The translations under genes and the position numbers were made by a program. A stretch of DNA of 64,000 bases from a virus (lineage: Duplodnaviria > Heunggongvirae > Uroviricota > Caudoviricetes). The notes under the pieces were generated by a model. It was given only the letters and a program-made list of their open reading frames with translations, was not told the DNA's origin and made no database searches. Location: the IMG/VR virus record IMGVR_UViG_3300008111_001118; one strand, written 5' to 3'. This document shows positions 1 through 9,592 of the stretch, one piece after another (positions within the stretch are counted from its first letter, which is position 1; each line of letters opens with the position of its first letter).

Positions 1-1850
1 TTTTGCAGTGTAGAGAATGCACTAAAGTATACAGAGTCAGTATCACCGTAAATTATTGCCTTACCGACATGATCGTATTCGCCAGTGATAATTTCATTTA
101 CTTTACTAGCCATGTGCTTGGCAATCTGTCTACCAGTTAGTGTAGTGCTTTGTCCAATGCGTTTGTCGAAAAACCTGCAACCTGGATTAAGAATAGCACC
201 ATACAAACTGTTAAGGTTAATCTTCTTAACCAACTGACGCTTGTCCCAGAACGAAATTTCAGTTTCGTTTCCTGCATCCTTTGCTTTTTTAAGCATTGCC
301 TGTAGTTCTTTACGTTCTTTGTACCAACGTGCCAGTAGTCCGGGAATAACAGATTCGAACTCATGTGTAAAGATAGTACCGTTAGCACTGATCATCCAAG
401 GCATGTTGCTGTCAAACATTAGTTTATAAAGTTCAGCACCGCTTAACACGTCAGTACGACCATCTTCCCAATCAACTGTGATGGTCTTGTCTCTGCGTTG
501 TTCCATTACCCAAGTGTATTCAAATGTGCCAAACAGGCCTTCCCACGCTGCGGCAAATGATTTTTTATGCAGTGTCATCTGCTCGTGGATATATTGATCA
601 GTGTATTCTGGGCGTAACTGTCCAACAATACTTTCTGGAGCCATGTTTAATGCTCTAATTACTGAAGGATACAGACTGTTCAAGTCCATACTTCCAACCC
701 ACTGATGCAATCCTTTTTTGGGATATGCAACATATGCACCTGCTGCTTGTGTGTTGCCGCCGTGGTCACGTCTATTCGGAACCTGCATACCTCTACGGTG
801 TGCTTCGTTGATAATTGCTTGTTCTGTAACAGCAACCGCACCCATAATAGTTTGCAACAGAACAGTGTTGTCGTGAGCAATCTCATTTGCTAGATCAATA
901 AAGCGTAGTTTTTTGTCTAGTTTATCAAGTAGTGCAACGTCCTGTCTGTTATATTCTATAAAGGTTCTAAAGTCGTTATTGTAAAGTTGATCTAGTGTGC
1001 CTTCGTATTGTGTCTTGCGTTCATCTAGTTCGTACTCGCCAATTGCATCAAGTCTATAACTATGACGTTCTTCGTAAGTGTACTTACGATACAATTCTAG
1101 AGAGTCAATATGTACACGACCTACAAAGTCAAATGTCTCAGAAGTCTTGCCGTACTTTTCGTATTCGCGCTTCTTGGGATATTGATCCCATAAGCAAAAA
1201 CGTCTAGTATCGTTTTTACTCAACACTCTAGCAACTCTATTGACAGTGTACGGAACGTCATATCCTTCACTGTTCCAACCACTTAGAATATCTGCATCTT
1301 GTATCAAGTCAAGAAATGTATCCAACATGTCTGCTTCTTTTTCAAAAAGAATACAGTTCTCGCCCCACTCTACACAATGTTCACGGGCTTGCTCCATTGT
1401 TAGTGTCTTTGGTGGAACTGCTAGTGTTATAAGTGCATCCACCCACTGTAAACAAACAGTGATTGCAGTAATTGGCATAAACGGATCGCTAGTAGGAGCA
1501 AATCCACGTTCTGGATCAAAGTCGGTCTCGATATCCCAAAATGCTACGTTTAGTTTAGGAGCATCTTGATTTTCGTAGTTTTCACTTAGACACTGAAAGA
1601 TAGGATTAATATCGCTTTCAAACAGATTCTTATTTTTATTAATTGCTAATTCTTTTCTGTAGTCTTTGGTATTTTTACAAACAATGCGACTTAGCGGATC
1701 GCCATATACACTTTTATACTTTCCTTTAGGATCTTCGTAATAGAAAGTATACTTTACTGGATACTCTTGTTGTATTCGTTTTCCGTCTTTACGTTCAATA
1801 ACTCTAATAATATCAGAGTCTCTGTCAAACATTGCGTCGACATATGGCAT
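1..1850 (-). CDS. DNA polymerase, family B (T4 gp43-like); N-terminal ~617 codons, gene runs off the left edge of the window
   Basis: Manual translation from the ATG at 1848-1850 (SD AAGGAG upstream) gives MPYVDAMFDRD... and contains FWDIETD (exo I), DLNSLYPS (pol motif A) and YGDTDS (pol motif C). Not in the ORF track because the stop lies outside the window. Confidence 0.9.
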   Translation of the reverse strand, partial: MPYVDAMFDRDSDIIRVIERKDGKRIQQEYPVKYTFYYEDPKGKYKSVYGDPLSRIVCKNTKDYRKELAINKNKNLFESDINPIFQCLSENYENQDAPKLNVAFWDIETDFDPERGFAPTSDPFMPITAITVCLQWVDALITLAVPPKTLTMEQAREHCVEWGENCILFEKEADMLDTFLDLIQDADILSGWNSEGYDVPYTVNRVARVLSKNDTRRFCLWDQYPKKREYEKYGKTSETFDFVGRVHIDSLELYRKYTYEERHSYRLDAIGEYELDERKTQYEGTLDQLYNNDFRTFIEYNRQDVALLDKLDKKLRFIDLANEIAHDNTVLLQTIMGAVAVTEQAIINEAHRRGMQVPNRRDHGGNTQAAGAYVAYPKKGLHQWVGSMDLNSLYPSVIRALNMAPESIVGQLRPEYTDQYIHEQMTLHKKSFAAAWEGLFGTFEYTWVMEQRRDKTITVDWEDGRTDVLSGAELYKLMFDSNMPWMISANGTIFTHEFESVIPGLLARWYKERKELQAMLKKAKDAGNETEISFWDKRQLVKKINLNSLYGAILNPGCRFFDKRIGQSTTLTGRQIAKHMASKVNEIITGEYDHVGKAIIYGDTDSVYFSAFSTLQ

Positions 1851-1917
1851 TCATTTCTCCTTGTTGCTTCTTGGCCAACTAACCATCTACTTGCTCTTAA
1901 GTGAGCGACTCTATTCA

Positions 1918-2178
1918 TTACTTATTGTGTTTTAACATGTACAGTGTAATTTTAGGATCATCTACTACTAGTAAATCGCTTGGGTATTTCCTATCAGGCC
2001 ATGATCGTCCTACTGCTACAACATTAATCATTTTAGGATTAACTTTTTTAACTACTGCTATTTTAAGCCTGCTATGGTCGGGGTACACCACAGTGTCCCC
2101 GACATTAATGCTGTTTCCTAAAATATCTTTATGTATTATTTCCTCAGTCATCTTTATCATAACCGAGAGTAGCAACAA
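1918..2178 (-). CDS. hypothetical protein (86 aa)
   Basis: ORF in the minus-strand operon immediately downstream of the polymerase gene. Confidence 0.4.
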   Translation of the reverse strand: MLLLSVMIKMTEEIIHKDILGNSINVGDTVVYPDHSRLKIAVVKKVNPKMINVVAVGRSWPDRKYPSDLLVVDDPKITLYMLKHNK

Positions 2179-2458
2179 TAGTTTCGAGATCTTCGAATTC
2201 GTCTGTGTGACGTGTCCAATCTCTTTTCATTGCAACTTTGATTGCTTTGTTAATCAAACTTGGTTTGACATTAAGTTCTTCTGCAACACTTTTAATAGTG
2301 TCTTTTAAGCCACCTTGCAAGTCGGCAATTTCTTGTAGGACGCTAACACCTTCCTTAACAAGACGATCCAATTTTGCTTTTTCTTCAGGCCCGTAGACTC
2401 TGTCACTCATGTAATACTCCTTTTTTAAAACTTTAACAATAAATTGCTTGTTTGTCAA
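2144..2458 (-). CDS. hypothetical protein (104 aa)
   Basis: ORF, tight operon spacing; no recognisable motifs. Confidence 0.45.
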   Translation of the reverse strand: MTNKQFIVKVLKKEYYMSDRVYGPEEKAKLDRLVKEGVSVLQEIADLQGGLKDTIKSVAEELNVKPSLINKAIKVAMKRDWTRHTDEFEDLETIVATLGYDKDD

Positions 2459-2462
2459 CAGG

Positions 2463-3059
2463 TTATTTTACAAATGCACCTATTCTTCCGTGTACATCTG
2501 GATATTCTTTATAGGTATATCCTTCGGGAGGCTCTGTGCTTTCGCCCTCCCACACTGGTATAAAATGAACAATATTGTTTTCAAAATCTTGATTATGTCT
2601 AAAATGAACTTCTATTAGTTTGCCGCCAATGTATTCGCAGTTAATCCATTCATACTTTTCTACAAACGGTTTTAGTACATTAGGTAATCTTATTCTGTCA
2701 GCAACACGAACCCAATGTTCCCAACGTGTAAATGTTGTGTCAGGTTTATGTCCTTCTACTGCTAAAACTTGTTTTCCTTGATAGTAGTCTATACTTAGAT
2801 GTCTACCTTCAAACCATTCACACCAAAAATGTCCTACAGGTAAGTGAGTGGTATCACGTTCTAGATAAACTTTTTGTGTACCTAGTCCTAACCCTTGCAT
2901 ATTAACACAAGGCCGTACAATATAATGGCCCGGTAAAGTTACATCTAAACCTACCGGGCCGCAATTATAATCGAGTTTTTTTGAAAGTATAAGTTTATCT
3001 AGAACCCACATATCGTCCGGATCAATTGTTTTCCAAACTAGATTTTCTGCGTATTCCAT
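2463..3059 (-). CDS. hypothetical protein (198 aa)
   Basis: ORF; Trp/His-rich; no recognised motif. Confidence 0.5.
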   Translation of the reverse strand: MEYAENLVWKTIDPDDMWVLDKLILSKKLDYNCGPVGLDVTLPGHYIVRPCVNMQGLGLGTQKVYLERDTTHLPVGHFWCEWFEGRHLSIDYYQGKQVLAVEGHKPDTTFTRWEHWVRVADRIRLPNVLKPFVEKYEWINCEYIGGKLIEVHFRHNQDFENNIVHFIPVWEGESTEPPEGYTYKEYPDVHGRIGAFVK

Positions 3060-3061
3060 TT

Positions 3062-3787
3062 TTACTTTTTAACGTGTTCGGGTTTACCTTTGTGCTTGGT
3101 TTTAGCATAGTCTTTTGCGTCTGCTTTGCTCATGCCTTTAGCAGCCTTTGCTACTTCTTTACTAGCAGGCTTTTCGCCCGATTTTGCAGCGTAAACCATG
3201 CCCATAAACTTTTGTTGTGCTTTTGACTTGGCTTTTTCCAGCAACGACTTGTATGCTGTTGCTTCTGATTCTTTCATTTTTAAAGTTTTTGATTCAGCAG
3301 TAATAGGACTCATTACTTTTTCATCATACTCTAGTGCATGATATACACTGCCGATATAGTCTGCTGCTTTGGTAATCTTGCTTTGCTGCCAACCTTCGAG
3401 GCCTTCTGCTTCACTGATGTTTTTTAGCAATTCGTGTAGTTTAATTGCATACTTTGCAATTTTATAAAGTTCAGCACGAGCCATTTGTACTTCGTGATCT
3501 TGTTCTGCTGCACCAGCAAGTTCAGCAAGACCTTCAATTAGTTTAGATTCTGCCATAGCAGGCTGTCCGGCCTTGTTTGCTCTTGCTACAAGACCCTTGA
3601 TAATTTCTGGAGACATTCCAGTTTTTTGTGAAAGTTCTGCCATGTTCTTAGCACCAAACGGTGTGCCAAAGTTTTCCAAATGATCTGCTAGTCTTGCCAT
3701 TGCGTTAGCAATCATATCGTTTGGTTCTTTTACTGCTAGTTGTTGCAGTTTACGGCCTAGTGCAGCATACTTCATATTTGGTTCCAT
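3062..3787 (-). CDS. hypothetical Lys-rich protein (241 aa), probably a late/virion protein
   Basis: ORF preceded on the minus strand by CGATAAATA (T4-late-promoter-like, plus-strand 3811-3819); C-terminal K/A-rich tail. Confidence 0.5.
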   Translation of the reverse strand: MEPNMKYAALGRKLQQLAVKEPNDMIANAMARLADHLENFGTPFGAKNMAELSQKTGMSPEIIKGLVARANKAGQPAMAESKLIEGLAELAGAAEQDHEVQMARAELYKIAKYAIKLHELLKNISEAEGLEGWQQSKITKAADYIGSVYHALEYDEKVMSPITAESKTLKMKESEATAYKSLLEKAKSKAQQKFMGMVYAAKSGEKPASKEVAKAAKGMSKADAKDYAKTKHKGKPEHVKK

Positions 3788-3813
3788 TGGTATCTCCGAG
3801 ATCTTTTATATAT

Positions 3814-4650
3814 TTATCGTTTAATTGTTTTACCGCCGAACAAACTTACATCTTTCATATCCAATGCGTTGTCAGTTGGCTTTTGCATTTTTACTTTTGT
3901 TTTACTGTTTGCAACAGTTGCTACACCGCCTGCACTAGTACCGCCTGCTGTAGCAGTTTCGGCAATTTCTTCAGTAAATTTCTTAGTAATTTTAATATCG
4001 TCACGTCCAAAGGCAGTTACAAATGCTTGGAATTCTTTTGGACCCATAACAAATTCGTTTGCGTTTGGTTTAAAGTATTGCATCACACGATCGTTTCTAC
4101 GTAGTGTGCTCATTAGTCTCGGACTGGTAACTGTAAAGTGTCTTGTAATCTTCTTTGCTGCTGGTTCAACTCGTGCGTCGGCACTACCCCATGATCCATC
4201 TGATCCTTTTTTCTTACCTTTTACAGTAATCTTATTGTCAACTTTGTCAGACTTTTCTTTTTCTTTATATTCTACTTTTACTTTACCATTACTGGCTTTT
4301 TCAATCTGTCCAAGAAATTCGCCAAAATACGAAAATCTGTTAGCCAGTCCTGGAGCATCGATGGATATTGTTACACCACGTGCTGCTGTAAATGTTTTGT
4401 CGGCAAGCATTTTTTTAATTGCATTAACCAAATCTTCCTTGCTTTTAAGATTGTAAAACTTCCATTTAGCATCGGCAAATTTTAAATCTGCTGCACTTGG
4501 AACAAAACCTGCATAACCTACCAAGTATGGGTTGTCATCACCACCACCTGCTGCGGCAATTGGCTTCTTAATGCCAAATCTCATAAAGATATTGCCGGCT
4601 GTTTTTTCTTTTTCTACTCTGTCTAGTTCTACAATCTGATTAACTTGCAT
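3814..4650 (-). CDS. hypothetical protein (278 aa)
   Basis: ORF; Lys-rich central region. Confidence 0.5.
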   Translation of the reverse strand: MQVNQIVELDRVEKEKTAGNIFMRFGIKKPIAAAGGGDDNPYLVGYAGFVPSAADLKFADAKWKFYNLKSKEDLVNAIKKMLADKTFTAARGVTISIDAPGLANRFSYFGEFLGQIEKASNGKVKVEYKEKEKSDKVDNKITVKGKKKGSDGSWGSADARVEPAAKKITRHFTVTSPRLMSTLRRNDRVMQYFKPNANEFVMGPKEFQAFVTAFGRDDIKITKKFTEEIAETATAGGTSAGGVATVANSKTKVKMQKPTDNALDMKDVSLFGGKTIKR

Positions 4651-4816
4651 TGTTATCCACCTACTAATTTACCGCGCAATGGGTGTTTTTGTGTTGGTCC
4701 CATAGTGGGATGTACTTTTTTAGGCATAGGATCGGATCCTTTTGCTTGGTCTGGTTTTTTCTTTTCGCGACCAACATCTACATTAAGTAAAGCAGTTTCT
4801 GTTATTTCAAAAACTT

Positions 4817-5122
4817 TCATTTTGCTTTCCTTAGACCTGCAATTTTTGCATTGATACCGTACTGTGCTAGTATTTGTTGTTTTGCTTCTTGAACATTACG
4901 TGCAGATACTTGAACAGGGATCCATTGACTATAGAACTTCTGTTGCACTTGTACGTTTGCAACAAAAATGGAAAACACCTGTGTATCTTTTAATTCACGT
5001 ATTAGCATATTAATATTTATTCCAATCAAACGGTTTACGTTTTTTAGGAATTTCTTCAACTGCATGACCGCCCTGCATTGCTGCCCATTCACGTAAACTA
5101 TATTTAGGCTCAACGGATTCAT
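4817..5122 (-). CDS. hypothetical small protein (true start probably an internal Met)
   Basis: ORF overlaps the 3' end of the 5010-6956 gene by about 110 nt; likely shorter in reality. Confidence 0.25.
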   Translation of the reverse strand: MNPLSLNIVYVNGQQCRAVMQLKKFLKNVNRLIGININMLIRELKDTQVFSIFVANVQVQQKFYSQWIPVQVSARNVQEAKQQILAQYGINAKIAGLRKAK

Positions 5123-6956
5123 TTGGGTTACTAGTCCAAAATGCCTTCCCTTGACTAGTTTGACTGGTACTAGGTTTAATATCGTTGCCCATACTTTTCA
5201 CAAATTTGTACATTGCAGTAGCTATTCCGTTGCGTTGATATTCATCATTAACACGCAAATTGCCGGCTACCAAATATGGATCAGCCTTTTTAAATCGTTT
5301 AAACAAACCAGAAGGTTCATCGTTTCCTATAACGATAAATCTCACATATCCAATAGACTTATTATCTATAAATGCTTCAACTTTTATTTGCGGAATCATA
5401 TTACTAGGATAATGATTTGCAACTATTTTTACTTTGCCTATCTTAGTATCAACTACAGTTTCTTTATGAAAGTCTTTGTTTAATAATTCAGGATTTATGC
5501 TTTCAAAAAGTCCTATGTTAAACAAAACATTTGTGTTAGATTCATTTAGTTTAAAGAACGGACCTTGGATGATACTTTTGCTTTTTTCTTTTACTAATCC
5601 TCTATTGAGATTTTTCTTAAATTCATCTGTGATGTGTCTATTTCGCAGTCCTTGACTAAAGAACAAGTGCGTTTCTACAGGATTGTTCCCGAACACCTTT
5701 GCTATTGCTGCCATGCGATTTCTGCCTTCATGCCCTACTACTCTAGCAGGCATAGAAAAATCACCATTTTCCCACGATTCTGGTATTTCTATTCTAAGGA
5801 AAGGACTGCCGATAGTGCCGCCTTGTTCGAGATGTTGGGCTATTTTTTCAGAAGGTTCACCGTCTAATGGTGCTGCTAGATCTATAAAATGCTTAGGAGT
5901 CATAGTCACACGCAAACCTAAATAATCGACTTCTTGGTTGTTAGGAACAGCACCCCATCCATTTTTATTGTCAATTATATCTACATTGGTATTGACACCT
6001 TTTACAATACGATCGTCTTCTTTAAAAAACTCATTTTCTCTTATTGTAAGACGACCTTGCTTTGTTAAAAATTCTTGATATTTTGGATCAGAGTGTTTCA
6101 TTACAAAATTTATAGAACTATCTTTGTTAAAATCGTTGAACGTATAAAAATTGGTACTTGGCCCAATAAACTGATATTCGTCGAAAGTTTTGTGATAAAT
6201 TACAGAATCAATTCTTCTAAAAAATAATCCTCGGCCGTATCTAGATTGAGAAAATTTGTCAACTACGTAATATCGTTTTTCTATTTTAACAATATCGTTT
6301 ATTTCAATATCTTCTCGCCAGTTTTCTGTATTTTCTTTGACTTGTTTCTTACTCTTGCTGTCTTCATAAACTGGATTGTTATTGTTTAACTTTGATTCTT
6401 TATAGTACGGATTTTTTGGATCAGTGTCTCCGGTAACATCTGGCCACCAATCTAACTCGAAACGTTTTCCATCAGCAAACATCTTCTTCATTGACTTGAT
6501 GCGCTTTTCATATTCGGCTTTCGAAGGTTTAACATTGTTTTCAACAACGTCAAGCACATATTGTATAGTAACTGCATTGGCACTTAAACTTGCACATCTT
6601 GCACCCACTTCACCTTTTAGATGATCTATTAAAATACTTTCGCTGCTTTTTGCCAAGTCGTCGGAAAGATCATGCGGTACTCTCAAGTCAACATAGGAAT
6701 AAACATAATCGTAGTGTGGTAGTGGTGACGAGTGTAGAATGTATTCGTCCAACACTTCGATTCTTTTAAATCCGTCTTTGTTATACCAAATTGCTCGTTT
6801 ATGTGTTAATTCATCTGGATTTTTAAAAAACTTTACCAGTTGTTTTACATATCCGGCAGGTTCGTCATTTTTCCATTGAGATAAAACATTTAAAGATTCA
6901 GCAACTTTTTTTCCACGCTTATCGTTTACTTCAAACAGATCTTGTATTTTCATCAT
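5010..6956 (-). CDS. large hypothetical protein (648 aa) with T4-like capsid-targeting N-terminus (MMKIQDLFE) and C-terminal GNAT-like motif
   Basis: N-terminus resembles T4 internal-protein targeting peptides ending in (L/I)-x-E; C-terminal region has an acetyl-CoA-binding-like Q/R-x-x-G-x-A motif (YQRNGIATAMY). Confidence 0.5.
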   Translation of the reverse strand: MMKIQDLFEVNDKRGKKVAESLNVLSQWKNDEPAGYVKQLVKFFKNPDELTHKRAIWYNKDGFKRIEVLDEYILHSSPLPHYDYVYSYVDLRVPHDLSDDLAKSSESILIDHLKGEVGARCASLSANAVTIQYVLDVVENNVKPSKAEYEKRIKSMKKMFADGKRFELDWWPDVTGDTDPKNPYYKESKLNNNNPVYEDSKSKKQVKENTENWREDIEINDIVKIEKRYYVVDKFSQSRYGRGLFFRRIDSVIYHKTFDEYQFIGPSTNFYTFNDFNKDSSINFVMKHSDPKYQEFLTKQGRLTIRENEFFKEDDRIVKGVNTNVDIIDNKNGWGAVPNNQEVDYLGLRVTMTPKHFIDLAAPLDGEPSEKIAQHLEQGGTIGSPFLRIEIPESWENGDFSMPARVVGHEGRNRMAAIAKVFGNNPVETHLFFSQGLRNRHITDEFKKNLNRGLVKEKSKSIIQGPFFKLNESNTNVLFNIGLFESINPELLNKDFHKETVVDTKIGKVKIVANHYPSNMIPQIKVEAFIDNKSIGYVRFIVIGNDEPSGLFKRFKKADPYLVAGNLRVNDEYQRNGIATAMYKFVKSMGNDIKPSTSQTSQGKAFWTSNPNESVEPKYSLREWAAMQGGHAVEEIPKKRKPFDWNKY

Positions 6957-7339
6957 ACACCATACTTGTTGCGTTTTGGTTTGGCAACTGGACTGTTTTT
7001 ATTTGTACTGTCCATTTCTTTACTTTTTGTATCGCCGTTGTTTAAATCTTTATAATTTAAACCAATTACTTTATAACTTTGTTTAAGCATTTCGGCTTCG
7101 ACTTCTGTGTACGGGTGTGCAGTTTTTTTCTTGCCTATCCAACTCATTGAATCCATATCTGGCGGAGTTTTTCCATCAGAACTTGCAAGGGCCATCATCA
7201 ATCTGTACTGTCCGTAGTCACTACCAAATGTTCCTAAATTCGGACCATCATCATATGTATGCAAACCTGCGGTTGACTCTTGTTCTCGTTTTGATAGTTT
7301 ACTTCCGGCGGCTTCACTGATTATATCATGTATTTTCAT
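6953..7339 (-). CDS. hypothetical protein (128 aa), paralog of 7341-7748; candidate internal head protein
   Basis: N-terminus MKIHDIISE; shares C-terminal ...SPVAKPKRNKYGV with the neighbouring ORF. Confidence 0.5.
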   Translation of the reverse strand: MKIHDIISEAAGSKLSKREQESTAGLHTYDDGPNLGTFGSDYGQYRLMMALASSDGKTPPDMDSMSWIGKKKTAHPYTEVEAEMLKQSYKVIGLNYKDLNNGDTKSKEMDSTNKNSPVAKPKRNKYGV

Positions 7340-7340
7340 G

Positions 7341-7748
7341 TTAAACTCCGTACTTGTTGCGTTTTGGTTTTGAAACCGGGCTTGACTTATTTACGTCCGT
7401 GGTTTCTGTGCTTTTACTACTGGTGATTTGCACTGGTGTAACACCCATCAATCTTGAGGCCAAAGTAACAATTTCTTCTTCTTCTTTGGTGTACGCAACC
7501 TGTGTTAAATTTTCTGCATATTCAGATTCTTGCTCAAAGTCGTCATTGGTTAAATGACCATCTGCCATTGCTTTTGCGGCTGCAACTGCAACACCGTATC
7601 TGTACTGCATGTAAGGATCTGTATTTCTAAGTTGCTTTTGTATAAAGGTAGCAGGCATAGGATCTGTAATTCTAGCAGGAAGTTTTCTAGACTTGCCAGT
7701 AAGTTTTGGTTCGCGCTGTTGTTCGTTAATAATGTCTCTAATTTTCAT
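7341..7748 (-). CDS. hypothetical protein (135 aa), paralog of 6953-7339; candidate internal head protein
   Basis: N-terminus MKIRDIINE; C-terminus ...SPVSKPKRNKYGV; internal blocks also align with the neighbour. Confidence 0.5.
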   Translation of the reverse strand: MKIRDIINEQQREPKLTGKSRKLPARITDPMPATFIQKQLRNTDPYMQYRYGVAVAAAKAMADGHLTNDDFEQESEYAENLTQVAYTKEEEEIVTLASRLMGVTPVQITSSKSTETTDVNKSSPVSKPKRNKYGV

Positions 7749-7969
7749 TTTTTCTTACGCCCTCTAAAACCCGGCTTTGTATTTAGCGCACCTGTCATGT
7801 GTGGAAGATTAAACCATAATTCAAACCATTCTTTATCACCAGGCTTGATATTTTTTTCTCGTTCTATACGACGTTTTTCTGTTCCGGTTACAGAGATGTT
7901 TTCGTTGTAAGGAGTATATCCTTTAAACTCATTTATGCCTGCAAGACGTTTTAGATCATCGATATTCAT
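7745..7969 (-). CDS. hypothetical basic protein (74 aa)
   Basis: ORF with 4-nt start/stop overlaps to both neighbours. Confidence 0.4.
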   Translation of the reverse strand: MNIDDLKRLAGINEFKGYTPYNENISVTGTEKRRIEREKNIKPGDKEWFELWFNLPHMTGALNTKPGFRGRKKK

Positions 7970-8771
7970 TTTTACCTTCTTGCTCTTTTTCTTTCCACCA
8001 ATTTAAAAAATTCATTGTTGGATTGCTTAGATACCAAGCAACATCTTTATATGTTTTAAATCTTGCTTGTAGCAATTCTTGTTTAATTTTTCCGTATTCT
8101 GGGTCACGCATTGCTCTTCTATCAGATGGTAAATTAATAAGTTCTTTTGATTTTTTACCGGCATACTTGCTTAAAAATTCTTGTAGGTTCAGCATATAGT
8201 AGAATGGTGTATCTACTATTACTTCGCCGTCCCATTCGCTTTGACTAGGAATACCTTGCTTATAACCTGCTAAGGCACGGTTAACTTCTTCACTAGCATC
8301 ATAGTCTGTTGGCCGCGATAAAGTCGTTCGCGCACCGCCTCCTAGATCTTTTGGTTTATATTTGTCATTGTAGCCTTCAAAACTTCCTAAGTCTAGTATC
8401 TCTGGGTTCCAATATGCTTTAAATTTACCACCCGGTATCATAATAAAGTTTGTGCCATGAAATCCTGATATATTATCGGGTGTAGTAACCAACGCTTGTG
8501 TAGGGTGTTGTACACCTAAACCGTTGAAGATTTTTTGTTGAAAGAAGCTACTATTGCCTTTTACACCTTTGCGTTCTCCGCCTTCGTTATTAACTTTTAT
8601 CATAAGATTTGTAGCGCCTCTGCTTCGAGATTCACCGCCCTCAAACATTCTATATAATATAGGAGTATTGCCTAGTTTATTACACATTTCAGCAGCAACT
8701 TTTACACGCTCAATAGCGTGATCTGTATCGTTAATAAATGTAACTTTTTCAGTAATCTCATTTACTTTCAT
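7956..8771 (-). CDS. hypothetical protein (271 aa), N-terminus MKVNEITE (capsid-targeting-like)
   Basis: ORF; no catalytic motif recognised. Confidence 0.45.
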   Translation of the reverse strand: MKVNEITEKVTFINDTDHAIERVKVAAEMCNKLGNTPILYRMFEGGESRSRGATNLMIKVNNEGGERKGVKGNSSFFQQKIFNGLGVQHPTQALVTTPDNISGFHGTNFIMIPGGKFKAYWNPEILDLGSFEGYNDKYKPKDLGGGARTTLSRPTDYDASEEVNRALAGYKQGIPSQSEWDGEVIVDTPFYYMLNLQEFLSKYAGKKSKELINLPSDRRAMRDPEYGKIKQELLQARFKTYKDVAWYLSNPTMNFLNWWKEKEQEGKNEYR

Positions 8772-9592
8772 TTCTTTTTAGCTCTTCCTGATTTCATATT
8801 GGCACACCAGTGGTACATCTTTCCACGTTCGCCGCCAGAATTCTTTGCACGTTTGCGTAATGCTGTTACACTGCCACTGCAACTAGCACCGGCACGTTTT
8901 ACTCTACCAGGACGGCTTTTGCCTTTTATTTTACCATCTGCAAAGTTTTCGTTATATGCTTTGTCGGCGGCTGCTTTTGCACTTGCACCATCTGGGTGGC
9001 GTGGATTAATACTAACAACATCACCATTCATAAGGTCGCTTACACTAGCACTCTTTCCTACTTTGTCCAACAGTTGATGCAGTTTATCATTTGGGTCGTA
9101 GCCATTGGTTTCATATCCCATTTTGCCACGTACTTCTGTTCTTTTGCCTGTGTTTTTATCTAAAATATGCAATATTAACATATTGGCACGTTTGTCACGT
9201 TCCAGTTGTAACAAATAATTTTTGCTATCAGCAACATTTTCGTTTATATCTACGTCGGCACTTTTAAAAAATTCTGGATATTTTTTGTTGAACATTCGCA
9301 TAATGATGCCGGCTTTTGTGTGTGCTTGGTTTTCTTCGGAACTACCAGTTTTGCCGCTGTCTTGATTTAGATCACCATCTAGCGATTGTTTAAAATGTAC
9401 AAGTTCGTGTGCAAACGTTCTTAGTATGTCAATAGGATGACGATCCTTAATACCTAGATATATAGCACGGTCATCGTTTACAAAACGTCCAAACGATGGA
9501 ATACATCTGTTGAGCAAGTTTAGGATTTGGTACACCTTGTGTAAATGAATCAAAGTCGCCTGTTGCTGCTGCCGCTCGCATTTTACTAGCAC
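8768..9592 (-). CDS. hypothetical protein with HExxH motif (possible Zn-metallopeptidase)
   Basis: FAHELVHF motif. The ORF as called overlaps the upstream gene by about 120 nt and there is no in-frame ATG/GTG after the upstream stop, so the start is uncertain. Confidence 0.3.
   Translation of the reverse strand: MLVKCERQQQQATLIHLHKVYQILNLLNRCIPSFGRFVNDDRAIYLGIKDRHPIDILRTFAHELVHFKQSLDGDLNQDSGKTGSSEENQAHTKAGIIMRMFNKKYPEFFKSADVDINENVADSKNYLLQLERDKRANMLILHILDKNTGKRTEVRGKMGYETNGYDPNDKLHQLLDKVGKSASVSDLMNGDVVSINPRHPDGASAKAAADKAYNENFADGKIKGKSRPGRVKRAGASCSGSVTALRKRAKNSGGERGKMYHWCANMKSGRAKKK

Noticed and set aside
1918-2458. T4 RegA translational repressor next to the polymerase gene
   Set aside because: Neither small ORF resembles RegA (no MIEITLK-type N-terminus), and gene order here differs from T4.
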